A stretch of DNA of 64,000 nt, from assembly GCA_963727525.1 (NCBI GenBank), contig CAVSGO010000007.1, positions 1,344,001 to 1,408,000 on the forward strand, given 5' to 3'. A program made the translations under genes and the position numbers. The notes beneath the pieces were generated by a model that did not search any database, was not told the origin of the DNA, and worked only from the letters and a program-made list of their open reading frames with translations. Origin of the DNA: an uncultured bacterium. Its GTDB lineage: Bacteria > Krumholzibacteriota > Krumholzibacteriia > LZORAL124-64-63. This document shows, in pieces, positions 52,462-62,743 of this stretch (within the stretch, counting starts at the first letter, position 1; every line of letters starts with the position of its first letter).

Positions 52462-54483
52462 TTACCGAACTAGCAGCGGCGCCACCACGACCGAGATCAC
52501 GGACATGAGCTTGATCAGGATGTTGAGGCTCGGGCCACTCGTGTCCTTGAACGGGTCGCCCACGGTATCGCCAACCACGGCGGCCTTGTGAGCGTCGCTG
52601 CCCTTGCCCCCGTGATGTCCGCCCTCGATGTATTTCTTGGCGTTGTCCCACGCACCGCCCGAATTCGACTGGAAAAGCGCCATCAGCACGCCCGACACGG
52701 TCACGCCGGCCAGCAACCCGCCCAGCATCTGGACGCCGCCGAGAAAGCCCACGGCCACCGGGGTGACGATGGCGATGAGGCCCGGCAACACCATCTGCTT
52801 GATGGCCGCCGCCGTCGAGATGTCCACGCAGGTGCGGTAGTCCGCCTTGGCCTCGCCGCTGAGCAGGCCGGGGATCTCGCGGAACTGGCGCCGCACCTCC
52901 TCGATCATCGAGAAGGCCGCCTTGCCCACGGCGAGCATGGCGAGGCTCGAGAAGAGGAAAGGCAGCATCGCGCCGAAGAACAGCCCCACCAGCACGTGAG
53001 GCTCGAGCAGGTCGATCTTCTCGAGGTGGACTGCCTGCTGGTACGCGCTGAACATGGCCAGCGCCGTGAGGGCAGCCGAACCGATCGCGAAGCCCTTCCC
53101 GATCGCCGCGGTAGTGTTGCCCACGGCGTCGAGCTTGTCGGTACGCGCGCGGACGTCCGGCCCGAGGGCGGCCATCTCGCTGATGCCCCCCGCGTTGTCG
53201 GCGATGGGACCGTACGCGTCTACCGCGAGCTGGATCCCGGTCGTCGACAGCATGCCGAGTGCTGCGATACCGATGCCGTAGAGGCCCGCCGTCGCATAGG
53301 CCGCGAGGATCACACCGCAGAGCACCACGATGGGCAGAGCGGTGGAGAGCATGCCGGTGGCCAGGCCGGTGATGATGTTGGTGGCCGACCCGGTCTCGCA
53401 AGCCTTCGCGATGTTGTGCACCGGGCGGCGATTCTCCGCCGTGAAGTACTCGGTGAGCATACCGATGGCGATGCCGCCGGCGAGCCCGGCCACTGTCGCC
53501 CAGAAGACGCCCATGGCCTTGTCGGCAGGCAGCATGTTGCGCACGAGGAAGAGCGTGACGATGACCATCAGGATTCCGGCGCCGAAGGTGCCGGTGTTGA
53601 GCGCGGTCTGAGGGTTGCCGCCCTCGCGGGTGCGCACGAAGAACGTGCCCGCGATGGAGACGACGATGCCGATCGCCGCCACGGCCAGCGGCAACAGCAC
53701 CGCCGGCAGCGGGTTCTGCGGCACGAAGCCCACCGCCAGGATCATGGTGCCCACGATCGAGCCGACGTAGCTCTCGAAGAGGTCGGCGCCCATGCCGGCC
53801 ACGTCGCCCACGTTGTCGCCCACGTTGTCTGCAATCACGGCCGGGTTGCGCGGATCGTCCTCGGGGATGCCCGCTTCGAGCTTGCCCACCAGGTCGGCGC
53901 CCACGTCCGCCGCCTTGGTGTAGATACCGCCGCCCACGCGCGCGAAGAGCGCGATGCTGCTGGCGCCGAGGGAGAAGCCGGAAAGCACCTGGAGGATGCG
54001 CTGCATTCCCCAGGTACCGCCAAAGAAATGATCGTAGGCGATGAAGAGTACGCTGAGCCCCAGCACACCCAGACCCACCACGCAGAAGCCCATCACGGTG
54101 CCGCCGCTGAAGGCGACGACGAGCGCCTTGCTCAGCCCCGTGCGCGCCGCGTTCGTCGTGCGCACGTTGGCCACCGTCGCGATCTTCATGCCGAAGTACC
54201 CGGCCAGCGCCGAGCACACGGCGCCGACCACGAAGCTCAGGCCGATGAGCATCGACGATTCGGCCTGGTGAGCGTTGCCGACGGCCAGCAGCACGCCGAC
54301 CACGACCACGAAGACGGCCAGCACGCGGTACTCGCGGGTCAGGAACGCGATGGCGCCTTCCTGGATATGGGCGGCGATGGTCTGCATCTCGGGCGTACCG
54401 GCGTCTTGCTTGCGCACCCAGGCCGCCTTGTAGGCAGCGAATGCGAGGCCCAGGATACCGGCGAGAGGAATGAGGTAGATCAT
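52462..54483 (-). CDS. hppA: Membrane-bound pyrophosphatase, K+-dependent and probably Na+-pumping
   Basis: [46 protein letters not shown]. Confidence 0.96.
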   Translation of the reverse strand: MIYLIPLAGILGLAFAAYKAAWVRKQDAGTPEMQTIAAHIQEGAIAFLTREYRVLAVFVVVVGVLLAVGNAHQAESSMLIGLSFVVGAVCSALAGYFGMKIATVANVRTTNAARTGLSKALVVAFSGGTVMGFCVVGLGVLGLSVLFIAYDHFFGGTWGMQRILQVLSGFSLGASSIALFARVGGGIYTKAADVGADLVGKLEAGIPEDDPRNPAVIADNVGDNVGDVAGMGADLFESYVGSIVGTMILAVGFVPQNPLPAVLLPLAVAAIGIVVSIAGTFFVRTREGGNPQTALNTGTFGAGILMVIVTLFLVRNMLPADKAMGVFWATVAGLAGGIAIGMLTEYFTAENRRPVHNIAKACETGSATNIITGLATGMLSTALPIVVLCGVILAAYATAGLYGIGIAALGMLSTTGIQLAVDAYGPIADNAGGISEMAALGPDVRARTDKLDAVGNTTAAIGKGFAIGSAALTALAMFSAYQQAVHLEKIDLLEPHVLVGLFFGAMLPFLFSSLAMLAVGKAAFSMIEEVRRQFREIPGLLSGEAKADYRTCVDISTAAAIKQMVLPGLIAIVTPVAVGFLGGVQMLGGLLAGVTVSGVLMALFQSNSGGAWDNAKKYIEGGHHGGKGSDAHKAAVVGDTVGDPFKDTSGPSLNILIKLMSVISVVVAPLLVR

Positions 54484-54672
54484 CAGCGCTAGCTCCTCAC
54501 GGTCGGGACTGGTGGGGTCGTCCAGCCTTGTTTCATGGCAGGCGGCCCCGACGTGGATCGCGATCGTCGGGGCCTGCCTGGAAGCAGAAAAGGGCGTATC
54601 AGTCCGCCGGAAACGCGCCCAAAGGTACCCTGCTTCGCCAGGACACGCAAGGTCGGGTTGAACCCGCTCCGC

Positions 54673-55770
54673 CTACCGCCCCTTGATCTCCAGCATCTCG
54701 ATGTCGAAGATCAGGGTGGCGTCGGGTGGGATCACTTCCTTAGGTCCCATGTGGATGCCCCGCGAACCGTACGCCAGATCGGGCGGGACCGTCAGCTCCC
54801 GCAGCTCGCCCTTCTTCATGCCCAGCAGACCGGCCTCCCAGCCCGGGATGACTTTCTTCTGGCCCAGCTTCAGGGTGAAGGGTCGTTTGCGATCGCGGGA
54901 GCTGTCGAACTTGTCGCCCTTGTTGCCGTCGGCATCGGCGAGGTACCCGTCGTAGTGCACCGTGCAGATATCATCGACCTCGGCAGCCGGGCCCTCCCCT
55001 TCCTTGAGCACCTTGATGCCGACCCGCGGGATCCCCACGACCTCGACCTCGAAATGCAACGTCGCATTGGCGGGGATGTTGGTGGTGCCGCGCTCGCCGT
55101 ATCCCAGCTCCGGTGGGATCACCAGCTCTCGCTTGCCGCCCAACCGCATGCCCACGATGCCGCGGTCCCAGCCCTTGATCACCATGCCCGAGCCCACCTT
55201 GAAGGAGAATGGCTCGTTGCGGTCGTAGGAGCTGTCGAACTTCTCGCCCTTCTGGCCGTTGTCGTCGAGCCAGCCGGTGTAGTTCACCTTCACGAAGTCG
55301 CCATCGGCCACCTCGGGGCCATCGCCCACGGTGATGTCATGGATGTCGACGCGGGGCACGTTCACGAGCTCGATCGTGTACTTCAGGGTGCTGTTCGCGG
55401 GAATCTTGGGCAGTTCGCGCTCGCCGTAGCCCAGCTCGGGGCCGATGATGAGCGTGCGCTTGCCGCCGACGCGCATCCCGATGAGGCCCTTGTCCCAGCC
55501 CTCGACCATGGCGCCGTGGCCGACCTGGTAGTCGAATGGCGCATCGTGGCTGCGATCGAACTCCTCACCCTGCTTGCCGCCGTCGTACAGCCAGCCGATG
55601 TAGTTGACCTGGACGAAGTCGCCGTCCTGGACCGTCTCACCGGTGCCGACCACCTCGTCCTCGACGAAGATGTAGTCGCTCTTCAAGGCCTTCTCGACCG
55701 GATTGCCGCATCCGGCCACCAGGATGATGGCCGGCAGAACCAGCCACCAGATCCTCGCGTCGCACCGCAT
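54673..55770 (-). CDS. Lipoprotein with three FKBP-type peptidyl-prolyl isomerase domains
   Basis: Lipobox LVAGC; three repeats of V.Y.G.L...FD.S...GW..G..GM..G..R.L...P.L.YG. Confidence 0.93.
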   Translation of the reverse strand: MRCDARIWWLVLPAIILVAGCGNPVEKALKSDYIFVEDEVVGTGETVQDGDFVQVNYIGWLYDGGKQGEEFDRSHDAPFDYQVGHGAMVEGWDKGLIGMRVGGKRTLIIGPELGYGERELPKIPANSTLKYTIELVNVPRVDIHDITVGDGPEVADGDFVKVNYTGWLDDNGQKGEKFDSSYDRNEPFSFKVGSGMVIKGWDRGIVGMRLGGKRELVIPPELGYGERGTTNIPANATLHFEVEVVGIPRVGIKVLKEGEGPAAEVDDICTVHYDGYLADADGNKGDKFDSSRDRKRPFTLKLGQKKVIPGWEAGLLGMKKGELRELTVPPDLAYGSRGIHMGPKEVIPPDATLIFDIEMLEIKGR

Positions 55771-55905
55771 GGAATCCCCTTCTGTATGGGTCTATTGTCT
55801 CGGGACAGCCTTGAGGTTGACATTCTCGCGCGAAAAGTCAAGGTTCAGGCGGGCGGCCGATCGCCCGGGCATCCGGCTCCACCATCACGCTTCGCAGGAC
55901 TGTCC

Positions 55906-57240
55906 ATGTTCGAACGCGCCCGTCAACACCTGGTCTGGCTGCTGGGTTTCCTGCTGATGGCCAATCTCTACCTCGTGCCCACGCTGGCCGCTTCGCCGCG
56001 GGCCACGGACCTGGTGGGCATGGTGCTCGGCCTGTGGGCCCTGCGGCGCCTCGCCATGGGCCGCCTGCCCGTGGCCGCCCTGGCCGTGCTCGCCCTCGTC
56101 GACCTCGGCCCCATCGGCTGGCTGTTCATGAGCCTGCTCAACCCCGACCAGGCCACCCTGGCGCAGAGCGCCCGCTGGCTGCTGGCAGCCCCCTGGGCCC
56201 TGGCGCTTCTCGTCTTCGTACAGAACGAGGACGCGTGCCAGCGTTTCGCCTGGGGCCTGGTGTGGGGCGGTGCCACGAACATCGCGGTGATCATCGCCCA
56301 GTTCGTGGGCCTCGAGGGGCTCCTGCGGCGCGCGGGACTATCGAGCAACCAGTCGGTATTCTACTACTACGTCTACAACACCGTGCGCATCCCCGGCCTG
56401 CACGGCACACCGAACGCGAGCGCGGCCATCGTCAGCCTGGTGGTGCCGGCGAGTTTCTACCTCTACTTCCGCAAGCGCGTCTCGCTCCTGATCCCCCTGG
56501 CCGCCCTGGGCGGTTTCGCGATCGCGCTCAGCCTGACGAGCACGCGCAGCCCCCTCCTCGTCACCGTGGTCTTTCTCGCCTATGCCTTCGTCGTCGCCCG
56601 CGAGGTGGGGCGCGCCCTGCTGATCGGCACCCTCGTCATCGCCCTGGTCGTGCCGGCCTTGCTCGTCTTCGGCCCCCCCGGTGGACGCAGCCGCTGGGAA
56701 GACACCATGGCCATTCAGGTGAACGCGAGCGAACGTCTGGAGACGAACCGAGCTTCGGTGGGACTGGCGCTCGCCCATCCCCTCGGGCTCGGCGTCACAC
56801 AGGGCAAGGAAGCGCTCTACGACGCCGCCGGGATTTCCGCCACGCACGACGCCTTCCTGCAGGCGGCCGTCTTCCTCGGCCTTCCCCTCGCGCTCGCGCT
56901 CATCACCGCGATGCTCGCGCTCATCGCCCGCGGCATCGCCGGCGGGGGCAGTCCGACGCTGCTGCTGCTTGCCCTGCTCGCCTTCCACACGACCGGGCTC
57001 TTCCTGTTCGAGGAACACCTCAACAACCCGAGCTTCGTGATCCTCGCGAGCTGGTTCATCGTGGCCGCGAGCCGCTTGCACGGTCGGGGCATGGGCGTGG
57101 CGGGATCAGTCGTGGAAGATCTCGCGCCGGTGCCGATCGACGTAATCCCAGCCGAAGGCGAGCACGAGCCCGCCGAATATACCCAGGAACACCAGGATCG
57201 TGATGGCGCGCAGGGGCCGCGGCCGTACGGGTTTCGATGA
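55906..57240 (+). CDS. O-antigen ligase/Wzy-like polytopic membrane protein
   Basis: R.PG..G.PN, LTSTRS, HPLGLG, THDAFLQ; the 3' end overlaps the convergent gene. Confidence 0.75.
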   Translation: MFERARQHLVWLLGFLLMANLYLVPTLAASPRATDLVGMVLGLWALRRLAMGRLPVAALAVLALVDLGPIGWLFMSLLNPDQATLAQSARWLLAAPWALALLVFVQNEDACQRFAWGLVWGGATNIAVIIAQFVGLEGLLRRAGLSSNQSVFYYYVYNTVRIPGLHGTPNASAAIVSLVVPASFYLYFRKRVSLLIPLAALGGFAIALSLTSTRSPLLVTVVFLAYAFVVAREVGRALLIGTLVIALVVPALLVFGPPGGRSRWEDTMAIQVNASERLETNRASVGLALAHPLGLGVTQGKEALYDAAGISATHDAFLQAAVFLGLPLALALITAMLALIARGIAGGGSPTLLLLALLAFHTTGLFLFEEHLNNPSFVILASWFIVAASRLHGRGMGVAGSVVEDLAPVPIDVIPAEGEHEPAEYTQEHQDRDGAQGPRPYGFR

Positions 57241-58371
57241 CACGATCGTCGTGCCCACGCGCTGCAATGGCGCCAGGGTCCCCAGCTTGACGAGGCGTCC
57301 CCGGATCTCCGTCTTCAGGTCGCGCCGTTTCATGGGCAGTTCCACGCGGATCTGCGCTTTCAGTTCGCCGATCTTGCGGTGAGCATCCGAGCGTTTGGCG
57401 GCGATCACGGTGGTGCGGTCGATACCGAGGCGCTCCTGCTGGAATCCGAGGCGCTTGATCTCGAGGGCGAAGCTGTCCTGCCGCGACTGGTTGCGCCACA
57501 GGGCCTGCTCCACCGTCACCTTGGCCAGCACCAGGTTGTGCTGCAGATCGCTGCGGTCGAGCACGGCATCGCGCTTGACCCAGGCGGGGATCTCCGCATC
57601 CCGCGCGTTGGACCCCTCGTTCTGTACTCGCGCGAGCGCGTCCTTGAGGGAGTCGAGGTCGTTCGCCAGACGTGGCTCCTGGTCGGTCAGCACCTCGAGT
57701 TGATTCTCGCAGCGCGCCTGCTGCGCCGTGGCCATGGCGAGGTCGATGTCGAGCTGCTTGGCCTGAGCCTCGATCTGGGCCGAGTCGGCGATGGCCGCTT
57801 CCAGACGCAACGCGGCGTTGTCCGTATCCTGTTCGAGGCCCGCGATCTGCGTCTCGAGGTTCTCGATCTGCAGCTCGAGGCCATCGCGCGTGAGGTTCAG
57901 CTCACTGGATAGCGTATCGCGTTCGGCAAACTCCATGAACAGCGTGATCCCGGTATCGAGGGTGGCCGTGGCCATCTCCGGGCTCGCGGCCGTGGTGGAC
58001 AGGGTGACGACGTCGCCGCCTTGCAGATTCTGCAACCCCTGCGCCACGAAGTCGGCCTTGATCACCGGCCGCGCGGCCGATGGCAGGTCGAGACGCTTCA
58101 CCAGTTCCCGCCGGTAGAGCATGTTCTCGTAATACTTCGTGATGTCCTTGAGCTGCCACTGGCGGTACGGGCCACCGTCGGGACTGAAGGCTGTGATGCC
58201 CGGACGCACCGTGGCGGTCGCCTCCCAGCGTCGCGTCCCGAAGAGGCCGTAGAGCACGCCCACGAGAAGGCCGAACACGGGCGGCAGGATGACCAGCAGC
58301 CGGCGGCGCCACAGGATGTTGAGGAGCGACGCCAGCGTCGCCTCGGACGCCGGTTCCTGGATCACTGTCAA
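57106..58371 (-). CDS. Wzz/GumC-like polysaccharide chain-length determinant with long coiled coil
   Basis: LL..LWRRR plus TM1, coiled coil, KPVRPRP plus G-rich TM2. Confidence 0.8.
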   Translation of the reverse strand: MTVIQEPASEATLASLLNILWRRRLLVILPPVFGLLVGVLYGLFGTRRWEATATVRPGITAFSPDGGPYRQWQLKDITKYYENMLYRRELVKRLDLPSAARPVIKADFVAQGLQNLQGGDVVTLSTTAASPEMATATLDTGITLFMEFAERDTLSSELNLTRDGLELQIENLETQIAGLEQDTDNAALRLEAAIADSAQIEAQAKQLDIDLAMATAQQARCENQLEVLTDQEPRLANDLDSLKDALARVQNEGSNARDAEIPAWVKRDAVLDRSDLQHNLVLAKVTVEQALWRNQSRQDSFALEIKRLGFQQERLGIDRTTVIAAKRSDAHRKIGELKAQIRVELPMKRRDLKTEIRGRLVKLGTLAPLQRVGTTIVSSKPVRPRPLRAITILVFLGIFGGLVLAFGWDYVDRHRREIFHD

Positions 58372-58425
58372 CCCGATCCTCCCTGATCTGGAGTACCTAC
58401 GCGCGACTCCACGAGCTTCGCGCGA

Positions 58426-58989
58426 CTACAAGAGCTTGCCCAGGGCCGCCTGCGAGTCGGCGAGCACCTGCGTGTGCAAGGACCCGCCGTGCGAGTCCAT
58501 CGTCACCACGGCCGGGAACCGATCCACCCGGAACATCCAGATGGCCTCGGGCGAGCCGAACTTTTCCATCAGATGCACGCCCTCGACCGCCACCACCCGT
58601 TCGGCCAGCACCTGGGCGGCGCCACCGATGGCGTGCAGATACGCGGCACCCACCTTCTGGCAGTACTCCAGCGTCTTGGGCCCCATGCCGCCCTTGCCGA
58701 TGACGCCACGGATTCCGTACTGCGCCATGAGCGGACCCTGGTACGGTTCCTCGCGGATGCTCGTCGTCGGGCCGGCCGCCTTGACCACCCAGCGATCGCC
58801 CTCGCGCACCACGACCGGTCCGCAGTGGTAGATGATGCTGTCCTTCAGATCGACCGGCGGCTTGCCGCCGTCGTGCAGGTACTTGTGGACGGCATCGCGG
58901 CCAGTGTACAACAGGCCCGTGATCTCGACCATCTGACCCACGCGCAGCTCGCGCATCTTTGCTTCGGTGAAGGGCGCTTCCAGCAACAT
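58426..58989 (-). CDS. Class I fumarate/tartrate hydro-lyase beta subunit
   Basis: TGRDAVH, YHCGPV, AGPTTSIR, IGKGG, DSHGGSL. Confidence 0.92.
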   Translation of the reverse strand: MLLEAPFTEAKMRELRVGQMVEITGLLYTGRDAVHKYLHDGGKPPVDLKDSIIYHCGPVVVREGDRWVVKAAGPTTSIREEPYQGPLMAQYGIRGVIGKGGMGPKTLEYCQKVGAAYLHAIGGAAQVLAERVVAVEGVHLMEKFGSPEAIWMFRVDRFPAVVTMDSHGGSLHTQVLADSQAALGKLL

Positions 58990-59024
58990 GGTCGGTACCT
59001 CTCGAACTCGGGTGACGAGTGGGC

Positions 59025-59915
59025 TCAGGGTTCGTACAGCCAGCTCGTGATCTTGCCCGACGGCGACACGCGCATCCCGTTGCGCCGGTACGCCCAGCAC
59101 ATGTAGGACACCGAGACGAAGAACGAGGCCGGGAGGCGATTGCGATGCGTGATCTTGCACCCCAGCAGCGTGGTTGCGCCGCCGAAGCCCATCGGGCCGA
59201 TGCCGAGACTATTGGCTTCCTTGACGATGCGCTTCTCGAGCTTGGCGAGGCTGGGTTCTGGATTCACGTCGTCGAGCGCACGGAAGAACTCCTCCTTGCT
59301 CGCCACGTAACCGGCACCGCGGTCGCCGCCGATGCACACGCCGAGGATGCCTGGCCCGCAACCCTTCCCCTGAGCCTGCATCACGGCATCGAGGACCGCC
59401 CGACGCACGCCCTCCAGATCGCGCCCGGCCCCGAGGCGGGTATCGGGCAGGCTGTACTGCGCCCCCACGTTCTCGCAGCCGCCACCCTTGAGGATGAGGC
59501 GCACGGTGAGGCTCTTGCCGGTGGTCTGGTGCAGATGGTACGACGGACTGCCCGGACCGAGGTTGGTCCCCGAGTTCTTCCCGGTGAGCGAGTCCACGGA
59601 GTTCTGGCGCAGGTAGCCGACACGGGTGGCCTCGACCACGGCCTTGTCGAAGACGCGACGGAACGTCTTCTCGTCGAGCCACGCCGGCAGGTCGGCGTAG
59701 CAGATGATGGTGCCGGTGTCCTGGCACAGCGGCAGGCTCTTGTCCCTGGCGAGCACGATGTTGTCGAGAATGACCTTCAGAGCGTACTTGGCCGTGGAAT
59801 CCCTGGCCTCCCGCCGGTGCCCTTTCTCGATGACGCGCACCACGTCGGCAGGCAGCTCGGAAGAGGTGCGCCGGACGAGCTCCAGCAGGTGCTTCTCCAA
59901 GAGTTTGGCGTCCAT
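59025..59915 (-). CDS. Class I fumarate/tartrate hydro-lyase alpha subunit
   Basis: PLCQDTG, KGGGCEN, GCGPG, GIGPMGFGG, CWA.R. Confidence 0.92.
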   Translation of the reverse strand: MDAKLLEKHLLELVRRTSSELPADVVRVIEKGHRREARDSTAKYALKVILDNIVLARDKSLPLCQDTGTIICYADLPAWLDEKTFRRVFDKAVVEATRVGYLRQNSVDSLTGKNSGTNLGPGSPSYHLHQTTGKSLTVRLILKGGGCENVGAQYSLPDTRLGAGRDLEGVRRAVLDAVMQAQGKGCGPGILGVCIGGDRGAGYVASKEEFFRALDDVNPEPSLAKLEKRIVKEANSLGIGPMGFGGATTLLGCKITHRNRLPASFFVSVSYMCWAYRRNGMRVSPSGKITSWLYEP

Positions 59916-60125
59916 GCTCGCTCCTTTGCGCTGGCAGGGGACGGACGGCGACGACGGGTGATCCCCGGTGGCCACGCGGCCGAACCGATGGTAACGGGCG
60001 GGACTGGCGCGGTCAAACCCAGTTCCGGCGCGCCCCGTTCCGGCGAGATCCCGCAGATCAGGGCGACGGGACACGGCCCCGGGATGCCGACTTGCCGGCC
60101 CGGGACCGGTCGTGATAGTTTTCAT

Positions 60126-60303
60126 CCCACCTTATTCATGCTATCGCGTAGCGAGGCGAGTGGAACGGTCTCTGTGAGCGGGATCTCGCAGGGTTTGTGA
60201 GGGAGCCGTACCCGCCGGGGTACGGTGACCGAAACAAACCCGAGAAAGCCCGCTCACAGAGACCGTTACGCCGCCGCATTAGCGATAGCATGAATAAGGT
60301 GGG
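60126..60303. repeat. 178-bp long palindromic element (ERIC-like MITE candidate)
   Basis: Perfect 22-bp terminal IR CCCACCTTATTCATGCTATCGC, nested perfect 19-bp IR, inner GGGTTTG/CAAACCC and CCGTACCC/GGGTACGG stems. Confidence 0.85.
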
Positions 60304-60354
60304 TTCACAGCCAGATCGCGTCAGGCGACCGCGCCAACGTCAGAGGAGACCGCC

Positions 60355-61536
60355 ATGAAGTACCTGTTGCTCGGTGCCGGCCTGCAGGGTACGGCCATCG
60401 CCTTCGACCTGCTCCAGCAGGCGCCCGACACGACCTCGCTCGTCGTGGTCGATTCCCGCGCGGACGCGCTGGACCATCTCGCCACGCGTTTCGACGATAG
60501 GCGCCTGCGCTGCGTGCAGGGCGACGTGAGCGACGGCGCTTTCCTGGCTCCCCTGGTCGCGGCCGCCGACTGCATGATCAGTGCCGTCAATTACTGGTAC
60601 AACGTCGACCTGGCCCAGGCCGCGGTGGCCGGCGGGGCGCATTTCGTCGATCTGGGCGGCAACAATGACGTCGTGGCCCAGGAACTGAACCTCGACGCGG
60701 CCGCCCGGGCGGCCGGCGTGTCCGTCGTGCCCGACTGCGGGCTCGCTCCCGGCCTGGCCAATATCCTCGGCTACTGGGTCGCCAGCCAGCTCACCACCTG
60801 CGAGACGGTGCGGCTGCGGGTGGGAGGCCTGCCCCAGCAGCCACGGCCGCCCCTGAATTACCAGCTCGCGTTCTCCGTGCAGGGCCTGATCAACGAGTAC
60901 CTCGAGCCGGCGCTCGTGATCCGCGATGGCAAGGTGCGGACGGTGCCCTCGCTCACGGAGCTGGAGACCATCGCCTTTCCCCCACCGTTCGGCGAGCTGG
61001 AGGCCTTCCAGACCAGCGGCGGCACGTCGACCCTGCCGCACACCCTCGAGGGCCGTGTGCAGCAACTCGACTACAAGACCATCCGTTACCGCGGGCACTG
61101 CGACCAGCTGCGTACGCTCCACAGCCTCGGGCTCTTCGGCAACGACCCGGTGATGGTGGCCGGCGCCGAGGTGAAACCCCGGGACGTGCTGGCCGAAATG
61201 CTCACGCGCACCTTGCCGACCAGCGGGGACGATGTTGTCTTGATACTCGTCGAGGCCGAGGGAACCGTCGCGGCGGGAGGGAACTTGCCGCCGCAGCCGA
61301 TCCGGCGTTCGGTGCGGATCATCGATCGCAACGACGTACGGACGCGGCTCTCGGCCATGATGCGCATGACCGGTTTCCCGGCCGCGATCATCGCCCAGAT
61401 GCTCGCCCGGGGCGACATCGCGGCCCCCGGCGCCCGCCCCCAGGAGCTGATCGTGCCCGCGGAGCGCATGCTCGACGAGCTGAAGCGCCGCGGCGTGCAG
61501 GTGGAGTCCTGGCAGAGCGAACCGCGCAAGGCCTAG
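60355..61536 (+). CDS. Saccharopine dehydrogenase / lysine 6-dehydrogenase family
   Basis: LLGAGLQG, DLGGN, DCGLAPG, VGGLP, LEAFQTSGG, YKTIRY.GH. Confidence 0.92.
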   Translation: MKYLLLGAGLQGTAIAFDLLQQAPDTTSLVVVDSRADALDHLATRFDDRRLRCVQGDVSDGAFLAPLVAAADCMISAVNYWYNVDLAQAAVAGGAHFVDLGGNNDVVAQELNLDAAARAAGVSVVPDCGLAPGLANILGYWVASQLTTCETVRLRVGGLPQQPRPPLNYQLAFSVQGLINEYLEPALVIRDGKVRTVPSLTELETIAFPPPFGELEAFQTSGGTSTLPHTLEGRVQQLDYKTIRYRGHCDQLRTLHSLGLFGNDPVMVAGAEVKPRDVLAEMLTRTLPTSGDDVVLILVEAEGTVAAGGNLPPQPIRRSVRIIDRNDVRTRLSAMMRMTGFPAAIIAQMLARGDIAAPGARPQELIVPAERMLDELKRRGVQVESWQSEPRKA

Positions 61537-61551
61537 ACCTCGAGCCAAAGG

Positions 61552-62643
61552 ATGTGTGTCTTGAAGCTGTCCGGATCCCTAGGTACCGCGACGACCGTGG
61601 CGGCTGCCATCGTGGCGACGGCCGCCCTCGCGACGGCGGCCTTACCCGCCGGCACCTCGAGCAAGGAATTCGCGCCCGATCCGCGCGAGGTCCACTTCTC
61701 CACCCTCCATATGCTCACCGATGGCGCCGAGAACGCCGAAGCCTACTTCAGCGGCAACGGTCAGCATCTGCTCTTCCAGAGCAACCGGCCACCGTACGGC
61801 TGCGACCAGATCTATCTCATGCCCACGACGGGCGGCACACCGCAGCTCATCTCCAGCGGCAAGGGCCGCACCACGTGCTCATACTTCATCGGTGACGCCG
61901 ACCGCTACATCATCTACTCCACCACCGCACTTGCCGATGCCGCCTGCCCGCCGCCTGCCGACATGTCCAAGGGTTACGTGTGGGCCGTGTATCCAAGTTA
62001 CGACATCGTGCGCCTCGACCGCGTGAGCGGCGAACTGGTGCGGCTCACCGACCAGCCGGGCTACGACGCGGAATCGACCGTGGGCCCGGACAAGCGCACG
62101 ATCGTCTTCACGTCCGATCGCGACGGCGACCTCGACGTCTACACGATGGACATGGATGGCAAGCATGTGAAGCGCCTGACCACCACGCCCGGCTACGACG
62201 GCGGGCCGTTCTTCTCGCCCGACGGCAAGCTCATCTGCTACCGCGGTTTCCACCCCACGGATCCGCAGCAACTCGCCGACTACCAGAACCTTCTCTCGCG
62301 CGGGCTCGTGCGCCCCACGGTGATGGACATCTGGGTGATGAATGCCGACGGCAGCGATCAACGGCAGGTGACCCACCTGAACTGCGCGTCGTTCGGACCC
62401 TACTTCCATCCCTCGGGCAAGAAGATCATCTTCTCGAGCAATTACCCTGATCCGCACGGGCGCGAGTTCAACCTGTGGATGGTGAACGTCGACGGCACCG
62501 GCCTCGAGCAGATCACCTTCGCCGACGGCTTCGACGGTTTCCCCATGTGGGGCCCCGACGGCAAGACATTCGCCTTCTGCGCCAACCGCCACGACACCAA
62601 GCCCGGCGAGACGAACGTCTTCGTGACGCAGTGGAAGGAGTAG
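61552..62643 (+). CDS. Secreted TolB-like (PD40) beta-propeller protein
   Basis: ENAEAYFS, GYDAE, FTSDRDGD, GYDGGPFFSPDG, FDGFPM. Confidence 0.88.
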   Translation: MCVLKLSGSLGTATTVAAAIVATAALATAALPAGTSSKEFAPDPREVHFSTLHMLTDGAENAEAYFSGNGQHLLFQSNRPPYGCDQIYLMPTTGGTPQLISSGKGRTTCSYFIGDADRYIIYSTTALADAACPPPADMSKGYVWAVYPSYDIVRLDRVSGELVRLTDQPGYDAESTVGPDKRTIVFTSDRDGDLDVYTMDMDGKHVKRLTTTPGYDGGPFFSPDGKLICYRGFHPTDPQQLADYQNLLSRGLVRPTVMDIWVMNADGSDQRQVTHLNCASFGPYFHPSGKKIIFSSNYPDPHGREFNLWMVNVDGTGLEQITFADGFDGFPMWGPDGKTFAFCANRHDTKPGETNVFVTQWKE

Positions 62644-62661
62644 ACCCCTTCCCGGACCGCG

Positions 62662-62701
62662 AAAAGACGGGGCACGGTGTCCACCACCGTGCCCCGTTTT
62701 T
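62662..62701. terminator. Bidirectional intrinsic terminator
   Basis: 13-bp stem ACGGGGCACGGTG/CACCGTGCCCCGT flanked by AAAAG and TTTT, between convergent genes. Confidence 0.85.
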
Positions 62702-62743
62702 CGCGGCGCGTCGTTTCAGGAATTTTCAAAGGAATTTCGAACG

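Noticed and set aside
54535-55905. N-terminal half of the 901-aa ORF in the track
   Set aside because: Antisense to the FKBP gene; the membrane protein plausibly starts at 55906
15813-61536. Alpha-aminoadipate lysine pathway linking the hydro-lyase and the saccharopine dehydrogenase-like gene
   Set aside because: The genes are over 40 kb apart with no other pathway genes; substrates cannot be assigned from sequence alone
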